From Candidatus Woesearchaeota archaeon (GTDB lineage: Archaea > Nanobdellota > Nanobdellia > SCGC-AAA011-G17 > PNOQ01): a stretch of 64,000 nucleotides of DNA. The translations under genes were made by a program, and so were the position numbers. This document shows positions 1 to 10,938 of the stretch, in pieces. Below the pieces are notes generated by a model, which worked only from the letters and a program-made list of their open reading frames with translations, did no database searches and was not told where the DNA came from. The stretch spans positions 48,263 to 112,262 of the forward strand of contig JBDRML010000029.1 in the NCBI GenBank assembly GCA_043812195.1. Direction: 5' to 3'. Positions within the stretch are counted from its first letter, which is position 1, and every line of letters begins with the position of its first letter.

Positions 1-402
1 TACAATTTCCAGAGACTTGTTAAGAGAGGAAAATTTACATCAATAAGAACAGTCATAAGAGAACAACTTCTAACTTCAAGAATTAAAAGTGCTATGGCAA
101 CAGGAACATGGCCAGGTGGTAGATCAGGAGTAAGTCAAAATATGGCAAGAACCAACTCAATAGATACAATGTCTAATTTACAAAGAATTGTTAGTTTATT
201 AACATCCAGTCAAGAAAATTTTGAAGCTAGAGCATTACATGCAACACATTGGGGAAGGTTGTGTCCAGTTGAAACTCCAGAAGGTACTCCAATTGGACTA
301 AGAAAGAACTTATCTTTAATGGCAACTATAACAAAAGTAGATTCAAGTGAAGAAAAAATAAAAAAAAGTATGGAAAACATAGGTCTAACCATAATAAAAT
401 GA
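1..402 (+). CDS. rpoB2: DNA-directed RNA polymerase subunit B'' (Rpo2N), 5'-truncated by window edge
   Basis: Frame open from base 1 (YNFQRLVKRGKF...). Motifs ATGTW, FEARALHATHWGRLCPVETPEG and GLRKNL. Ends overlapping rpoB'. Confidence 0.95.
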   Translation, partial: YNFQRLVKRGKFTSIRTVIREQLLTSRIKSAMATGTWPGGRSGVSQNMARTNSIDTMSNLQRIVSLLTSSQENFEARALHATHWGRLCPVETPEGTPIGLRKNLSLMATITKVDSSEEKIKKSMENIGLTIIK

Positions 403-2198
403 TAGATGTATACCTAAACGATAAATTTATAGGAACTGTAGAAAACAAACAGTTTATTGAGGACTTCAAAATTAAGAGAAGAAAGGGAGAAATTAGTAAA
501 GAATCTAATATAAATTACAATGAAGATCTCAATGAGATTCATATTGATATAGATAAAGGAAGATGTAGAAGACCCTTAATCATAGTAGATAATGGAGTAT
601 CAAGACTAACAGATAAACACCTAGAATTAATAGAACATGACAAATTAAAATGGGACGAGATGGTTGAACAAGGAATTATCGAATATTTAGATGCCTCTGA
701 AGAAGAAAATGCTTATGTTGCGTTATATCCTGAAAATTTAACAAAAGAACATACTCATTTAGAAATAAGCCCTGTGACAATTTTAGGATTATGTACTTCA
801 TTAGTTCCATATTCAAACTTCGGAAGTTCATCAAGATTGATAAGAGGTTCAAAAATTCAGAAGCAATCTATAGGAATCTACTCTAAAAATTACCAAATAA
901 GATTAGATACAGATGTAAGCACATCTTATTATCCACAAAGACCAATAGTTAAAACTTTCATGCATGATGTATTCAAATATGATGAATATCCTTCAGGACA
1001 AAATTTAACAATTGCAGTTATGAGTTATGAAGGTTACAACATGCAAGACGCTATCATACTAAATAAAGGAAGTATTCAAAGAGGTCTAGCAAGATCAACA
1101 TTCTATAAACCATATTCAATTGAAGAATTAAGATACTCGGGTGGATTAACAGATGAAATAAGCATACCTGACAAAGAAGTTAAAGGTTATAGATCAGAAA
1201 AAGATTATAGATTATTAGAAGAGGATGGTATAATTTATCCAGGAGCATCAACAAAAGAAGAAGATGTAATCATAGGTAAAACAAGTCCACCAAGGTTCCT
1301 AAGCAGCTTAGAAGAATTCAGTGTTGCTGCAAGCACAAGAAGAGAAAGTTCTTCAGCATTAGGAGAAGGAGAATCTGGAATCATAGACACAATTATACTA
1401 ACAGAAAATGAAGAAGGTAATAGATTAGTACAAGTAAAAATAAGAAAAGAAAGAATTCCTGAACTAGGAGATAAATTCGCATCAAGACATGGTCAAAAAG
1501 GTGTAATTGGTTTACTAGTACCACATTATGATATGCCCTACAGTTCATCTGGTATAGTTCCAGATCTAATTTTTTCGCCTCATAGTATACCAGGCAGAAT
1601 GACAGTATCACACTTATTAGAAATATTAGCAGGCAAGGTTGGTGCAATAACAGGAAAATGTATAGATGCAACAGCATTTGATACACCACCAGAAGAAGAC
1701 TTAAGAAAAACATTATCAGACGCAGGATTTAGAGAAGATGGAACTGAAACATTTTATAATGGTATAACAGGACAAAGATTCAAAGCTAAAATCTACGTTG
1801 GTAACATTTATTATCTAAAACTTAAACACATGGCTGCAAACAAACTACATGCAAGAGCTTCTGGAAGAGTTCAATTATTAACAAGACAACCTGTAGAAGG
1901 TAGAGCAATGGGTGGAGGTTTAAGATTAGGAGAAATGGAAAAAGATTGTTTAGTAGCACATGGAACATCTTTATTACTTAAAGAAAGATTCGATTCAGAT
2001 AAAACAATATTCCATATTTGTGAAAGCTGTGGTATGTTTGCAATGTATGATAATTACAAAAACAAAGCAACATGTTCAAGATGTGGAACAAATCCAAAAA
2101 TAAGCACAGTAGAAATGAGCTACGCTTTCAAGTTACTATTAGATGAAATAAGAGCTTTAGGAATAAATTCAAAAATAAACTTAAAAGATAAATTTTAA
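399..2198 (+). CDS. rpoB1: RNA polymerase subunit B' (Rpo2C)
   Basis: GYNMQDA, GDKFASRHGQKGV, RQPVEGRAMGGGLRLGEME and a C-terminal zinc finger. Confidence 0.97.
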   Translation: MIDVYLNDKFIGTVENKQFIEDFKIKRRKGEISKESNINYNEDLNEIHIDIDKGRCRRPLIIVDNGVSRLTDKHLELIEHDKLKWDEMVEQGIIEYLDASEEENAYVALYPENLTKEHTHLEISPVTILGLCTSLVPYSNFGSSSRLIRGSKIQKQSIGIYSKNYQIRLDTDVSTSYYPQRPIVKTFMHDVFKYDEYPSGQNLTIAVMSYEGYNMQDAIILNKGSIQRGLARSTFYKPYSIEELRYSGGLTDEISIPDKEVKGYRSEKDYRLLEEDGIIYPGASTKEEDVIIGKTSPPRFLSSLEEFSVAASTRRESSSALGEGESGIIDTIILTENEEGNRLVQVKIRKERIPELGDKFASRHGQKGVIGLLVPHYDMPYSSSGIVPDLIFSPHSIPGRMTVSHLLEILAGKVGAITGKCIDATAFDTPPEEDLRKTLSDAGFREDGTETFYNGITGQRFKAKIYVGNIYYLKLKHMAANKLHARASGRVQLLTRQPVEGRAMGGGLRLGEMEKDCLVAHGTSLLLKERFDSDKTIFHICESCGMFAMYDNYKNKATCSRCGTNPKISTVEMSYAFKLLLDEIRALGINSKINLKDKF

Positions 2199-2201
2199 AA
2201 A

Positions 2202-4778
2202 ATGAAAGAAGAACATGTAACAAAAAAGATAGATTCAATTGATTTTGAAGTACTATCACCATCTGAAATTAAAAAAATAGCTGTAGCTAAAGTTGTTACT
2301 CCAGAACTTTATGATAGAGAAGGTTATCCAGTAGATGGTGGATTAATGGATATTAGAATGGGAGTTATCGACCCAGGTCTAAGATGTAAAACCTGTGGAG
2401 GAAAATTAAAAGAATGTATAGGCCATTTTGGATTTATAGATTTAGCAAGACCAGTTTATCATATTAAATACATAAGTCACATTTTAACACTATTAAGATC
2501 AACATGTAATTCTTGTGGAAAAATTTTAGCTTCTAAAGAAAAGATAGATGAACACTTAAAACTAAAAAAAATTCTAAGGAGAACTAAGAAAACAAGAGAA
2601 TATAATAGAGAAATCAAACTATTTATCGATAGTATAAAAGGAACTAAAAAATGTCCACACTGTTTGATAAAACAAAAGAAAATAATGCTAGAAAAACCAT
2701 CAACATTTCTAGAAGACAGCAAGAAAATCACACCAACACAAGTAAGAGCAAGATTAGAAAAGATTCAAAATGAAGACTTAATAATCTTAAATATTAATCC
2801 AAAAGCATTCAGACCAGAATGGGTTGTATTAAATTTACTTCCAGTTCCACCAGTAACAATCAGACCAAGTATCACACTAGAAAGTGGAGAAAGAAGTGAA
2901 GATGATCTAACTCACAAATTAAGTGATATAGTAAGAATCAACCAAAGACTATTTGAAAATATAAATGCTGGGGCACCAGAAATAATTATAGAAGACCTTT
3001 GGGATCTATTACAATATCACATAACAACATTCTTTGATAATGATATATCACAATTACCAACTGCAAGACATAGGTCAGGACAACCCCTAAAAACAATAAC
3101 AGAAAGAATAAAAAGTAAAGAAGGAAGATTTAGACACAATCTAGCAGGTAAAAGAGTAAACTTCTCATCAAGAGCTGTTATTAGTCCAGATCCTAAAATA
3201 AAATTCAATGAAGTTGGTATTCCATTAGAAGTTGCAAAAGAACTTACAATTCCAGAAAAGGTTACAGAATGGAATTTAGAATGGTTGACAGAACTTGTTA
3301 AGAAAGCTCCAGAAGAATATCCAACTGCAAACTATGTAATAAGACCAGATGGAAAAAAGAAAAGAATTACAGATGAAACTAAAGAAGCACTTTTAGAAGA
3401 ATTAGAACCCGGATATATAGTTGAAAGGCATATTATAGATGGTGACATTTCAATTTTCAACAGACAGCCAAGTCTTCACAGAATGAGTATTATGTGTCAT
3501 AGAATTAAAGTTTTACCTGGTAAAAGTTTCAGATTAAATCCAGCAGTATGTACTCCTTATAACGCAGATTTCGATGGTGATGAAATGAATCTACACATCC
3601 CACAAACAGAAGAAGCAAGAGCAGAAGCAAAAATATTAATGAGTGTCCAATATCATATTATTACTCCTAAAAATGGATTAAACGTAATTGGTTCAATTGA
3701 AGATGCAGTTTCAGGAACTTATCTATTAACTAAAGAATTAGAATTTTCAAAACAAGAAGCCATTGCTTTACTAATATCTGCAGGAATCTCAAATAGAGAA
3801 GTTATGAATAAATTCAGTAATAATGTATCTGGCAAAGAAATATTCAGTGCACTTTTACCTAATGATTTCAATTTCATAGCACAATCAAAAGATGGAAGCC
3901 CAGTTAAAATTAAAAATGGTAGATTAATAGAAGGTATAATAGACAAAGCCACAATAGGTGAAGATAACGGTTCTTTAATAAGAGCAATATATGCAAAGTA
4001 TAATGAAGATGTTGGTATTGAATTATTAAGTAAAATTTTAAAATTAGGAATTGCAGTTTTACTAAAAACTGGATTTACAACAGGAATCTCAGACAGTGAT
4101 ATTCCAGAACATATTAAGAAAAAAAACAAAGAACTAATTCAAGAAGCAAGAGATAAAGTAGACCAATTAATAATCCAATATAATAATGGAAAATTAGAAA
4201 CCTTGCCTGGAAATACTCTAACAGAAACATTAGAAATAAAAATTTCTGAAGTTCTGAACAAAGTAAGAGATAAAATAAGCAATCATGTTGCACAAACTAT
4301 AGACAAAAGCAATCACACAATAATTATGGCAGAATCAGGAGCAAAAGGTAGCTTACTAAACCTAGCTATGATGGCTGCTTGTGTAGGCCAGCAAGCCATA
4401 GGTGGAAGAAGAATAAGAGAAGGTTACAATAAAAGAACATTATCAATGTTTAAGAAAAATGAATTGAGCCCAGAGTCTGGTGGATTTGTAGAAGTTGGAT
4501 ATAAACAAGGTCTAAATCCTTCAGGATATTTTTTCAGTGCTATGACTGGTAGGGATGGATTAATGGATACTGCTTTAAGAACTCCAAAATCTGGATACTT
4601 TTATAGAAGAATGTCTAGTGCTCTACAAGATCTAAAAATAGAGTACGATCAAACCGTAAGAGATGCAGAAAAGAGAATAGTACAATTCAAATATGGAGAA
4701 GATGGAATAGATGTTTCAAAGAGTGACGGTGGTACAATCAACGTTAAAAAAATCATAAAGCAAATAAGAGGAAAATAA
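2202..4778 (+). CDS. rpoA1: RNA polymerase subunit A' (Rpo1N)
   Basis: Catalytic NADFDGDEMN, N-terminal CKTC...C.GHFG, and RDGLMDTALRT. Confidence 0.98.
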   Translation: MKEEHVTKKIDSIDFEVLSPSEIKKIAVAKVVTPELYDREGYPVDGGLMDIRMGVIDPGLRCKTCGGKLKECIGHFGFIDLARPVYHIKYISHILTLLRSTCNSCGKILASKEKIDEHLKLKKILRRTKKTREYNREIKLFIDSIKGTKKCPHCLIKQKKIMLEKPSTFLEDSKKITPTQVRARLEKIQNEDLIILNINPKAFRPEWVVLNLLPVPPVTIRPSITLESGERSEDDLTHKLSDIVRINQRLFENINAGAPEIIIEDLWDLLQYHITTFFDNDISQLPTARHRSGQPLKTITERIKSKEGRFRHNLAGKRVNFSSRAVISPDPKIKFNEVGIPLEVAKELTIPEKVTEWNLEWLTELVKKAPEEYPTANYVIRPDGKKKRITDETKEALLEELEPGYIVERHIIDGDISIFNRQPSLHRMSIMCHRIKVLPGKSFRLNPAVCTPYNADFDGDEMNLHIPQTEEARAEAKILMSVQYHIITPKNGLNVIGSIEDAVSGTYLLTKELEFSKQEAIALLISAGISNREVMNKFSNNVSGKEIFSALLPNDFNFIAQSKDGSPVKIKNGRLIEGIIDKATIGEDNGSLIRAIYAKYNEDVGIELLSKILKLGIAVLLKTGFTTGISDSDIPEHIKKKNKELIQEARDKVDQLIIQYNNGKLETLPGNTLTETLEIKISEVLNKVRDKISNHVAQTIDKSNHTIIMAESGAKGSLLNLAMMAACVGQQAIGGRRIREGYNKRTLSMFKKNELSPESGGFVEVGYKQGLNPSGYFFSAMTGRDGLMDTALRTPKSGYFYRRMSSALQDLKIEYDQTVRDAEKRIVQFKYGEDGIDVSKSDGGTINVKKIIKQIRGK

Positions 4779-4779
4779 A

Positions 4780-5934
4780 ATGGCAAATATATTCGAAAAA
4801 AACAAAGAAAATTTACCAAGCGCAATCTTAGATAATATAAAGAAAGAAAGCGAAGAACAAAAACTATCCCAATCAGAATTATCAAAATTAATAGATCAAT
4901 CAATTGAAGAATATAGAGAAGCATTAATTAGCCCCGGAGAAGCAATTGGAATTATAACAGCAGAAAGCATTGGTGAACCAAGTACCCAAATGGCCCTGGA
5001 TGTATTCCATCTTGCAGGAGTTGCAGAAGTACAAGTTACAAGAGGCCTGCCAAGACTTATAGAAATCTTTGATGCTAGGAAAGAAACAAGCACACCATCC
5101 ATGACTATAGCAATAAAACCAGAATATACAAAAGACGAAAAAACAATAAAAAGAGTTGCTTCGCACATAAAAGAAATGACACTAAAAGAAATAACAGAAG
5201 AATTCGCAATCAACGCATTAAAGGGATGTATAGAAGTAACACTAGACAATTCAAAGATGAAATTATTTGGTTTTACAATTAAACAAGTAGCAGATACACT
5301 AAAAGAAAACTTAAAAACATTAAACATAAAAGAAACTAAAAAAGGTTTGATAATAGAACCCCCATCAGAAAATCAAAATATTATAGAATTATATAAAGTA
5401 AAAGTAAAAGTAAAAGATTCAAAAATAAGAGGAATAGAAGGGATTACACAAGTATTGCCAATTAAAAAATTAGGAAAATATATAATTTTATGTGCTGGTT
5501 CAAATTTAAAAGAAGTTCTTAATATGAAAGAAGTAGATGCAAAAAATACTACTACAAATAATATTTTCGAAATATCTAAAGTATTAGGTATAGAAGCTGC
5601 AAGGCAAGCAATAATAAATGAAGCCGTAGCTGTTCTAGAACATCAAGGATTAGATATTGATATAAGACATATGATGCTTTTAGCAGACATAATGACACAC
5701 ACAGGAGCAATTAAAGGGGTAACAAGAGGAGGAATTACAGGAGAAAAGCAAAGTGTTTTTGCAAGAGCAAGTTTTGAAACTCCAATCGATCAATTTATAA
5801 AAGCAAGTATGGAAGGAGAAAGAGACCATCTAAGAAGTGTTATTGAAAACGTTATTGTCAATCAACCAATCCCATTGGGTACAGGATTACCTGGTTTAGT
5901 AACAAAAATGAAAAAGAAAGGCGCAAAAAAATGA
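4780..5934 (+). CDS. rpoA2: RNA polymerase subunit A'' (Rpo1C)
   Basis: GEAIGIITAESIGEPSTQM, GLPRLIEIFDA, LGIEAAR, RASFET. Confidence 0.96.
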   Translation: MANIFEKNKENLPSAILDNIKKESEEQKLSQSELSKLIDQSIEEYREALISPGEAIGIITAESIGEPSTQMALDVFHLAGVAEVQVTRGLPRLIEIFDARKETSTPSMTIAIKPEYTKDEKTIKRVASHIKEMTLKEITEEFAINALKGCIEVTLDNSKMKLFGFTIKQVADTLKENLKTLNIKETKKGLIIEPPSENQNIIELYKVKVKVKDSKIRGIEGITQVLPIKKLGKYIILCAGSNLKEVLNMKEVDAKNTTTNNIFEISKVLGIEAARQAIINEAVAVLEHQGLDIDIRHMMLLADIMTHTGAIKGVTRGGITGEKQSVFARASFETPIDQFIKASMEGERDHLRSVIENVIVNQPIPLGTGLPGLVTKMKKKGAKK

Positions 5935-6185
5935 CAATAAAAGAATTAAAAGCAGCAATAAAGGAAAATAAAGTAATCATGGGAACTGAAAGAACAATAA
6001 AAGACATTAAAAGGGGAAAGCCAAAAGAAGTCTTCATAGCAAAAAATTGTCAAGAAGATTTAAAAAAGCAGATCAAACACTATTGCAAGTTATCAAAGAT
6101 AACATTGACAGAACTAGATGAAACAAATGAAGAACTAGGAACTTTATGTAAAAAACCTTTTTCTATAAATATGTGCTATTGTTAA
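5931..6185 (+). CDS. rpl30e: 50S ribosomal protein L30e
   Basis: L7Ae/L30e-like (ELGTLCKKPF), at the conserved position after rpoA2. Confidence 0.85.
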   Translation: MTIKELKAAIKENKVIMGTERTIKDIKRGKPKEVFIAKNCQEDLKKQIKHYCKLSKITLTELDETNEELGTLCKKPFSINMCYC

Positions 6186-6186
6186 A

Positions 6187-6597
6187 ATGAAATATGATTT
6201 AGAAACAATTCAATTCATAAATCTTTTTGAGAAAAAAACTCAGACTAATGTTAAAGATTGCTTTTTTGAAAATGGATTATTAATTTTTATAGTAATGCCA
6301 GGTCAAGCAAGCAAAGCAGTTGGAAAACAAGGTATTAACGTTAAACAACTAGCAAGTTTAATAAATAAAAAAATAAAAATAGTAGAATTCAATGAAAATC
6401 CTATCAGATTCATAAAAAGTTATATAGCTCCAATTACAGCAGAAGATATAACAGCAGAAAATGATGTAATTTTTATAAAAGCAAGCTCAACTAAAGATAA
6501 AGGTATGTTAATTGGTAGAGATGCTAACAGATTAAATCATCTTAAAAAAATAACACAAAAATACTATCCAAATGTAAAAGACATCAAGATAGTTTAA
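6187..6597 (+). CDS. nusA: archaeal NusA-like KH-domain transcription factor
   Basis: Two KH-type motifs (AVGKQG, LIGRDA) and synteny rpl30e-nusA-rps12. Confidence 0.9.
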   Translation: MKYDLETIQFINLFEKKTQTNVKDCFFENGLLIFIVMPGQASKAVGKQGINVKQLASLINKKIKIVEFNENPIRFIKSYIAPITAEDITAENDVIFIKASSTKDKGMLIGRDANRLNHLKKITQKYYPNVKDIKIV

Positions 6598-6667
6598 TTT
6601 ATAACCAGATATTCAATAAATCAAACAAAAACTTTATAAACCGCCCTACTTCTCGAAATCATAGAAA

Positions 6668-7105
6668 ATGGCTAAAAAAAGCAAAGGACTAAACGCTGGA
6701 AAGAAACTTCTGAAAAGGAGAAAACAATCCAGATGGCAAGATCAATATTATATTAGAAAAAAATTAGGTCTTAAAAAGAAATCAGATCCTCTTAAAGCTA
6801 GTCCTCAAGCTAAAGCAATAGTTTTAGAAAAAGTAGAAAAAGAAGCTAAACAACCAAATTCAGCACTGAGAAAGTGTGTAAAATGCCAATTAGTTAAAAA
6901 TGCTAAGAAAGTTACAGCTTTCGTTCCAGGATATAACGCTATTAAAATGATTGATGAACACGATGAAGTAATTATAGAATGTATCGGTGGATCAAAAGGA
7001 AGATCAAAAGGAGATATTCCTTCCATTAGATGGCAAGTTATAAAAGTTAATGATCAAAGTCTTAATGCTTTAATAAGAGGTAAGATAGAGAAGGGTAGAA
7101 GATGA
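6668..7105 (+). CDS. rps12: 30S ribosomal protein S12 (uS12)
   Basis: [12 protein letters not shown] and GDIP motifs. Confidence 0.97.
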   Translation: MAKKSKGLNAGKKLLKRRKQSRWQDQYYIRKKLGLKKKSDPLKASPQAKAIVLEKVEKEAKQPNSALRKCVKCQLVKNAKKVTAFVPGYNAIKMIDEHDEVIIECIGGSKGRSKGDIPSIRWQVIKVNDQSLNALIRGKIEKGRR

Positions 7106-7701
7106 TAAAATTATTCGACAAATGGGATATTTCAGGTATAAAAGTAAAAGAAATAGCTCTAGAACCCTACATAAATCTTACACCAGTTTTAGTTCCAAGA
7201 ACTGCAGGTAGAGCAGCTCAAGGTCAGAGAATCTGGATACAGAAAAATAACATTGTTGAAAGATTAATAAATAAATTAATGGTTCCAGGTCATAAAGGTA
7301 AGAAACATAAAATAAGTTCTGGACATTGCTCAGGAAAAGCTTCAACAACATATAAAATAGCAAAAGAAGCTTTGGAAATCATAGAAAAAGAAACTAAACA
7401 AAACCCAGTAGAAGTTTTCGTAAGAGCTATAGAAAACGCAGCTCCTAGAGAAGAAGTTGCAAGTATTGAATATGGTGGAGCAAGATATTCAAAAGCAGTT
7501 GAAGTAGCTCCTCAAAGAAGAGTAGACATAACTTTAAAATTAATGGTTCAAGGTGCATATCAAAAAGCATTTAATTCTAAGAAAAAAATGGCAAGAGCTT
7601 TAGCAGAAGAAATTTTAGCTGCATATAAATTAGATCAACAGGGTAGTGCTGCATTAGGTAAGAAATTAGAACTTGAAAGACAAGCAGACTCAAGTAGATA
7701 A
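7102..7701 (+). CDS. rps7: 30S ribosomal protein S7 (uS7)
   Basis: [48 protein letters not shown]. Confidence 0.97.
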   Translation: MIKLFDKWDISGIKVKEIALEPYINLTPVLVPRTAGRAAQGQRIWIQKNNIVERLINKLMVPGHKGKKHKISSGHCSGKASTTYKIAKEALEIIEKETKQNPVEVFVRAIENAAPREEVASIEYGGARYSKAVEVAPQRRVDITLKLMVQGAYQKAFNSKKKMARALAEEILAAYKLDQQGSAALGKKLELERQADSSR

Positions 7702-7703
7702 AA

Positions 7704-7969
7704 TTAATTTTTTTCTAAGAACTTATCAATATAATACATTATTTTTTCTTTCATTTTAGAATTTACTGAGATTTCTTCTCCATAATGTGTTGGTTTACTA
7801 AACAATATATTTTCTTTTTTTAATTCTTCAGCCATCGTTTTAACTCTTTTTCTAATATCTAAAGGAAATCCCTTTGGTAGATTATCTATAGATGTATGTC
7901 TATGTTTAAATTTTCCTAAACGAGTTAATTTATGTAAAACTTGCCTTTTATTTCTTCATCTGTCCACAT
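7704..7969 (-). pseudogene. small ~88-aa hypothetical protein with a 1-nt frameshift near 7941-7949 (pseudogene or homopolymer assembly error)
   Basis: ATG at 7969 gives MWTDEEIK, then the reading continues in another frame as (R)QVLHKLTRLGKFKHRHTSIDNLPKGFP... to TAA at 7704. The span is 266 nt (3n-1). Confidence 0.6.
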
Positions 7970-8020
7970 AAACAGACTTTGAATAAGTTTTATATACTTT
8001 TTTAAACTATAAAGTATACT

Positions 8021-8338
8021 ATGGAAAAATCATTATTGATAAAATTCTTAGGAGAAAACCCACTATTTGAAATTATAGATTTTTTAATAGAAAATAAGGG
8101 TATGGATGTAACTAAAAAAGATATTATTGAAGGAGCAAGTATTTCAAGAGCATCTTTATTTAAGTATTGGAATCAAATTGAAGAACAAGAAATAGTAAAG
8201 ATTACAAGACAATTTGGAAAAACAAAACTTTATACTTTGAATTCAGGAAACCCAATAGTTAAAAAATTACTTGAGTTGGAAAGTATTTTAATAGAAAAGG
8301 CTTTAAATAAGCATAAATTAGTTGAAGTTACAACTTAA
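8021..8338 (+). CDS. winged-HTH transcriptional regulator / possible antitoxin
   Basis: wHTH pattern (TKKDIIEGASISRASLFKYW...TRQFGKTKLYTLN), divergent from the 7704-7969 gene. Confidence 0.7.
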   Translation: MEKSLLIKFLGENPLFEIIDFLIENKGMDVTKKDIIEGASISRASLFKYWNQIEEQEIVKITRQFGKTKLYTLNSGNPIVKKLLELESILIEKALNKHKLVEVTT

Positions 8339-8463
8339 AACAATATAAAAAATTAGAACTTGAAAGACAAGCAGACTCAACCAAGTAAGAATATATCAAA
8401 AATTATTTATTACAGAAAATTCTAAACAATAACTTATTTAAACCAATAGACTAAAATAAATTT

Positions 8464-9858
8464 ATGAATAAAAGAGGAATTTCGCCACTGATTGCGACTG
8501 TCCTAATTATTGGTTTCACAATAGTATTAGCAGTTTTAGTAATTGTATGGTTATCTGGAGTATTTGAAGGAGAACTAGATAAATCACAATGTGGAATTAA
8601 AGGACAAGATTTTTGTGCAAGCCTTAGTGGTATCGGCGGACTATTAGACGTGACAGCAACACAAGCAGGTACTGATGCTGCTGTTGATATAACAGCTGTT
8701 TGGGCAGGAGACATAGCAGAAGCTCCAGATCTAAGAATATCTGTAATGGATAACACAGGAAATGTTGTTACAATAGTAAATATCGGTCCAGACACTACTG
8801 ATGATGCAAATTATAATGCAAATGGAATAGCTACATACCAAATACCAACATTCACTGGAACAGCAGAAAATGCAAAAGTAAGAGCATTACATACCCCAGA
8901 TGTTTCAGGCGTTGTATGTGAAGAAATGATGTGTACACCAATCACAGAATCTGTAAAGCAAGGAGAAGTAGTAACTCCACCTCCAGGAGTTCCCCCAACC
9001 ATAATTCACACAGCAATAACAGAAACAATGGAAGGCACAACAGATTTAACAATTACAGCAGAAATTACAGATGATGGAACGGTTTCATCAGCTACACTTT
9101 ATTATGGAGACAGATCAGGAGATCCAACTTCTCAAATTCCTATGATTCCTGTAGTAGGAGAAGAAGATGATTGGCAAACACAAACCCCAATACCCTCGGG
9201 AGAAGTATCCTATGAATATGGTCTACAATATTATATATACGCTGAAGATGATGAAGAAAATGGAGCCAGAACAGAGGGTACATATCAAGTTAATGTTATG
9301 ACAGAAGCTCAAATAACACCAATTATAGATAAAGACGTATATTGGTATACTGGTAATAATTATGGTATTACTGACGATCCTTTAAGATTGCGTTTTGGAT
9401 TTAGACTTAGTGGAAGTTTAGACTTCATATATAGATCCTTCATAGACTTTGATACATCGGGAATCCCAGAAGAAAATGAGATCAATAATATAAAACTTAA
9501 GATTTATTCACTTGAATATCATCATTTAGATCAAGGTTTATTTATCATAAGATTCTCGGACGATACAAAAGGAAATGATTACACTTCAAATCAACTACTT
9601 TATGAAGATATTGGTAACGGAGATGATTATTATGTAAATAACCCCCCATTTTATTTTCAAAGCACAATGGACTATCCTGAAATAGATTTAGGAGGATCAG
9701 CAGTTAATGATATTGATACATTACATCCTTCTTGGTTTAGTGTTGGTCTATTAGCATATGATGAGAGCACTATTGAAGATAATTACGGGGCTATTGCACC
9801 AATGGGGTCAGCATACCCTCCAACTTTAATAGTAAATCACTATAAATTATTCTCTTAA
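8464..9858 (+). CDS. archaeal type IV pilin-like protein (class III signal peptide) with long acidic extracellular domains
   Basis: N-terminus MNKRG|ISPLIATVLIIGFTIVLAVLV, a PPPGVPP linker and a beta-rich acidic C-terminal part. Confidence 0.75.
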   Translation: MNKRGISPLIATVLIIGFTIVLAVLVIVWLSGVFEGELDKSQCGIKGQDFCASLSGIGGLLDVTATQAGTDAAVDITAVWAGDIAEAPDLRISVMDNTGNVVTIVNIGPDTTDDANYNANGIATYQIPTFTGTAENAKVRALHTPDVSGVVCEEMMCTPITESVKQGEVVTPPPGVPPTIIHTAITETMEGTTDLTITAEITDDGTVSSATLYYGDRSGDPTSQIPMIPVVGEEDDWQTQTPIPSGEVSYEYGLQYYIYAEDDEENGARTEGTYQVNVMTEAQITPIIDKDVYWYTGNNYGITDDPLRLRFGFRLSGSLDFIYRSFIDFDTSGIPEENEINNIKLKIYSLEYHHLDQGLFIIRFSDDTKGNDYTSNQLLYEDIGNGDDYYVNNPPFYFQSTMDYPEIDLGGSAVNDIDTLHPSWFSVGLLAYDESTIEDNYGAIAPMGSAYPPTLIVNHYKLFS

Positions 9859-10430
9859 ATATATCCATAACCCAAAACTAAAAGTATCACACTAATTCCC
9901 AAAGCAACAAAATAAATAGCTTTATTCCATCTCAAAACTTTCGCACCATCAAAATTCCATACAGGTATTAAATTAAAAGCAGCTATTAAACTATTAATAA
10001 AAAATCCAATTGTAGTAAATATATTAACAAACCCAATTAAGATAGCACCAAAAAATCCTAAAGCTAAAACAATATTCACAATAGGACCAGCAATACTTAT
10101 TTTTCCATTTCTTTCAGTATCAACCCAACCTCTAATCATCACAGCTCCAGGTGCAGCAAATATAAAACCAAAAAAACTCATAGCAATAGCTAATAATAAC
10201 ATTTTATTAGAAGCCCTAAACTCAGCATAGCAACGATATTTTTGAGCAACATATTTATGGGCTATTTCATGCAATAAAAATCCAATTCCCACTGTAAAAG
10301 CAGAAACCAAAAGCATAATCAAAAACCCAGAAGACATAAAATTACCATTACTTAATAAGATACCAAAAGCTAAAGAAATCGCTATCCAAGCTCTAAATAA
10401 ATGCTTTTTTTCTATATCACTAAATTTCAT
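9855..10430 (-). CDS. site-2 protease family (M50) membrane metalloprotease
   Basis: HEIAH, AGP..N and FNLIP...DG motifs; hydrophobic. Confidence 0.88.
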   Translation of the reverse strand: MKFSDIEKKHLFRAWIAISLAFGILLSNGNFMSSGFLIMLLVSAFTVGIGFLLHEIAHKYVAQKYRCYAEFRASNKMLLLAIAMSFFGFIFAAPGAVMIRGWVDTERNGKISIAGPIVNIVLALGFFGAILIGFVNIFTTIGFFINSLIAAFNLIPVWNFDGAKVLRWNKAIYFVALGISVILLVLGYGYI

Positions 10431-10470
10431 ATTTATTCAAAACTCTGAAGCACTTATAAAACTTATTAAT

Positions 10471-10938
10471 TTAAAAAAATTCTAATACTTTCCCTGAAAA
10501 GAGATAATCATCAACAAAACCCATTTGATTTATAATCATAGTAGTCATGTTAGATGAATTTACTATATCAATTAATTTTCGCCTGTCATCTTCTCTCGCA
10601 TTATCAAATCTTATTTTTCTAAAAAACTTGATCATACCATGTGCAGAATCACAAAGTTCAATTATTAGATTGGATTCGGGAATGTATCCTTTAATATATT
10701 CCAGCAGCTTTCCTGCTTCAATTTCGTTTTTCACAAGCCTAAATGAACCGTATTCGAGAGGTACCCATTCAGCACCTTCAGCAGCACGATCTACGCTTTC
10801 AATTACACGTTGCATAGCTAAATTATATCTCCTTCTTGAATATTCATGAATTTTATCTTTATTTAATATGCCTTCTCCGACACAACCACCACTACAAAGT
10901 CCAAAATATAATTTTAATTCAGCATATCTTTCCAACAT
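10471..10938 (-). CDS. hypothetical protein
   Basis: 155-aa ORF with an upstream TTTATAAA; no recognised motif. Confidence 0.55.
   Translation of the reverse strand: MLERYAELKLYFGLCSGGCVGEGILNKDKIHEYSRRRYNLAMQRVIESVDRAAEGAEWVPLEYGSFRLVKNEIEAGKLLEYIKGYIPESNLIIELCDSAHGMIKFFRKIRFDNAREDDRRKLIDIVNSSNMTTMIINQMGFVDDYLFSGKVLEFF

Larger units (their letters stand above)
7663..8380 (+). repeat. 31-bp perfect direct repeat (7663-7693 and 8350-8380) duplicating the rps7 3' end and flanking a two-gene insert
   Basis: AAATTAGAACTTGAAAGACAAGCAGACTCAA read at both positions. Confidence 0.9.
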
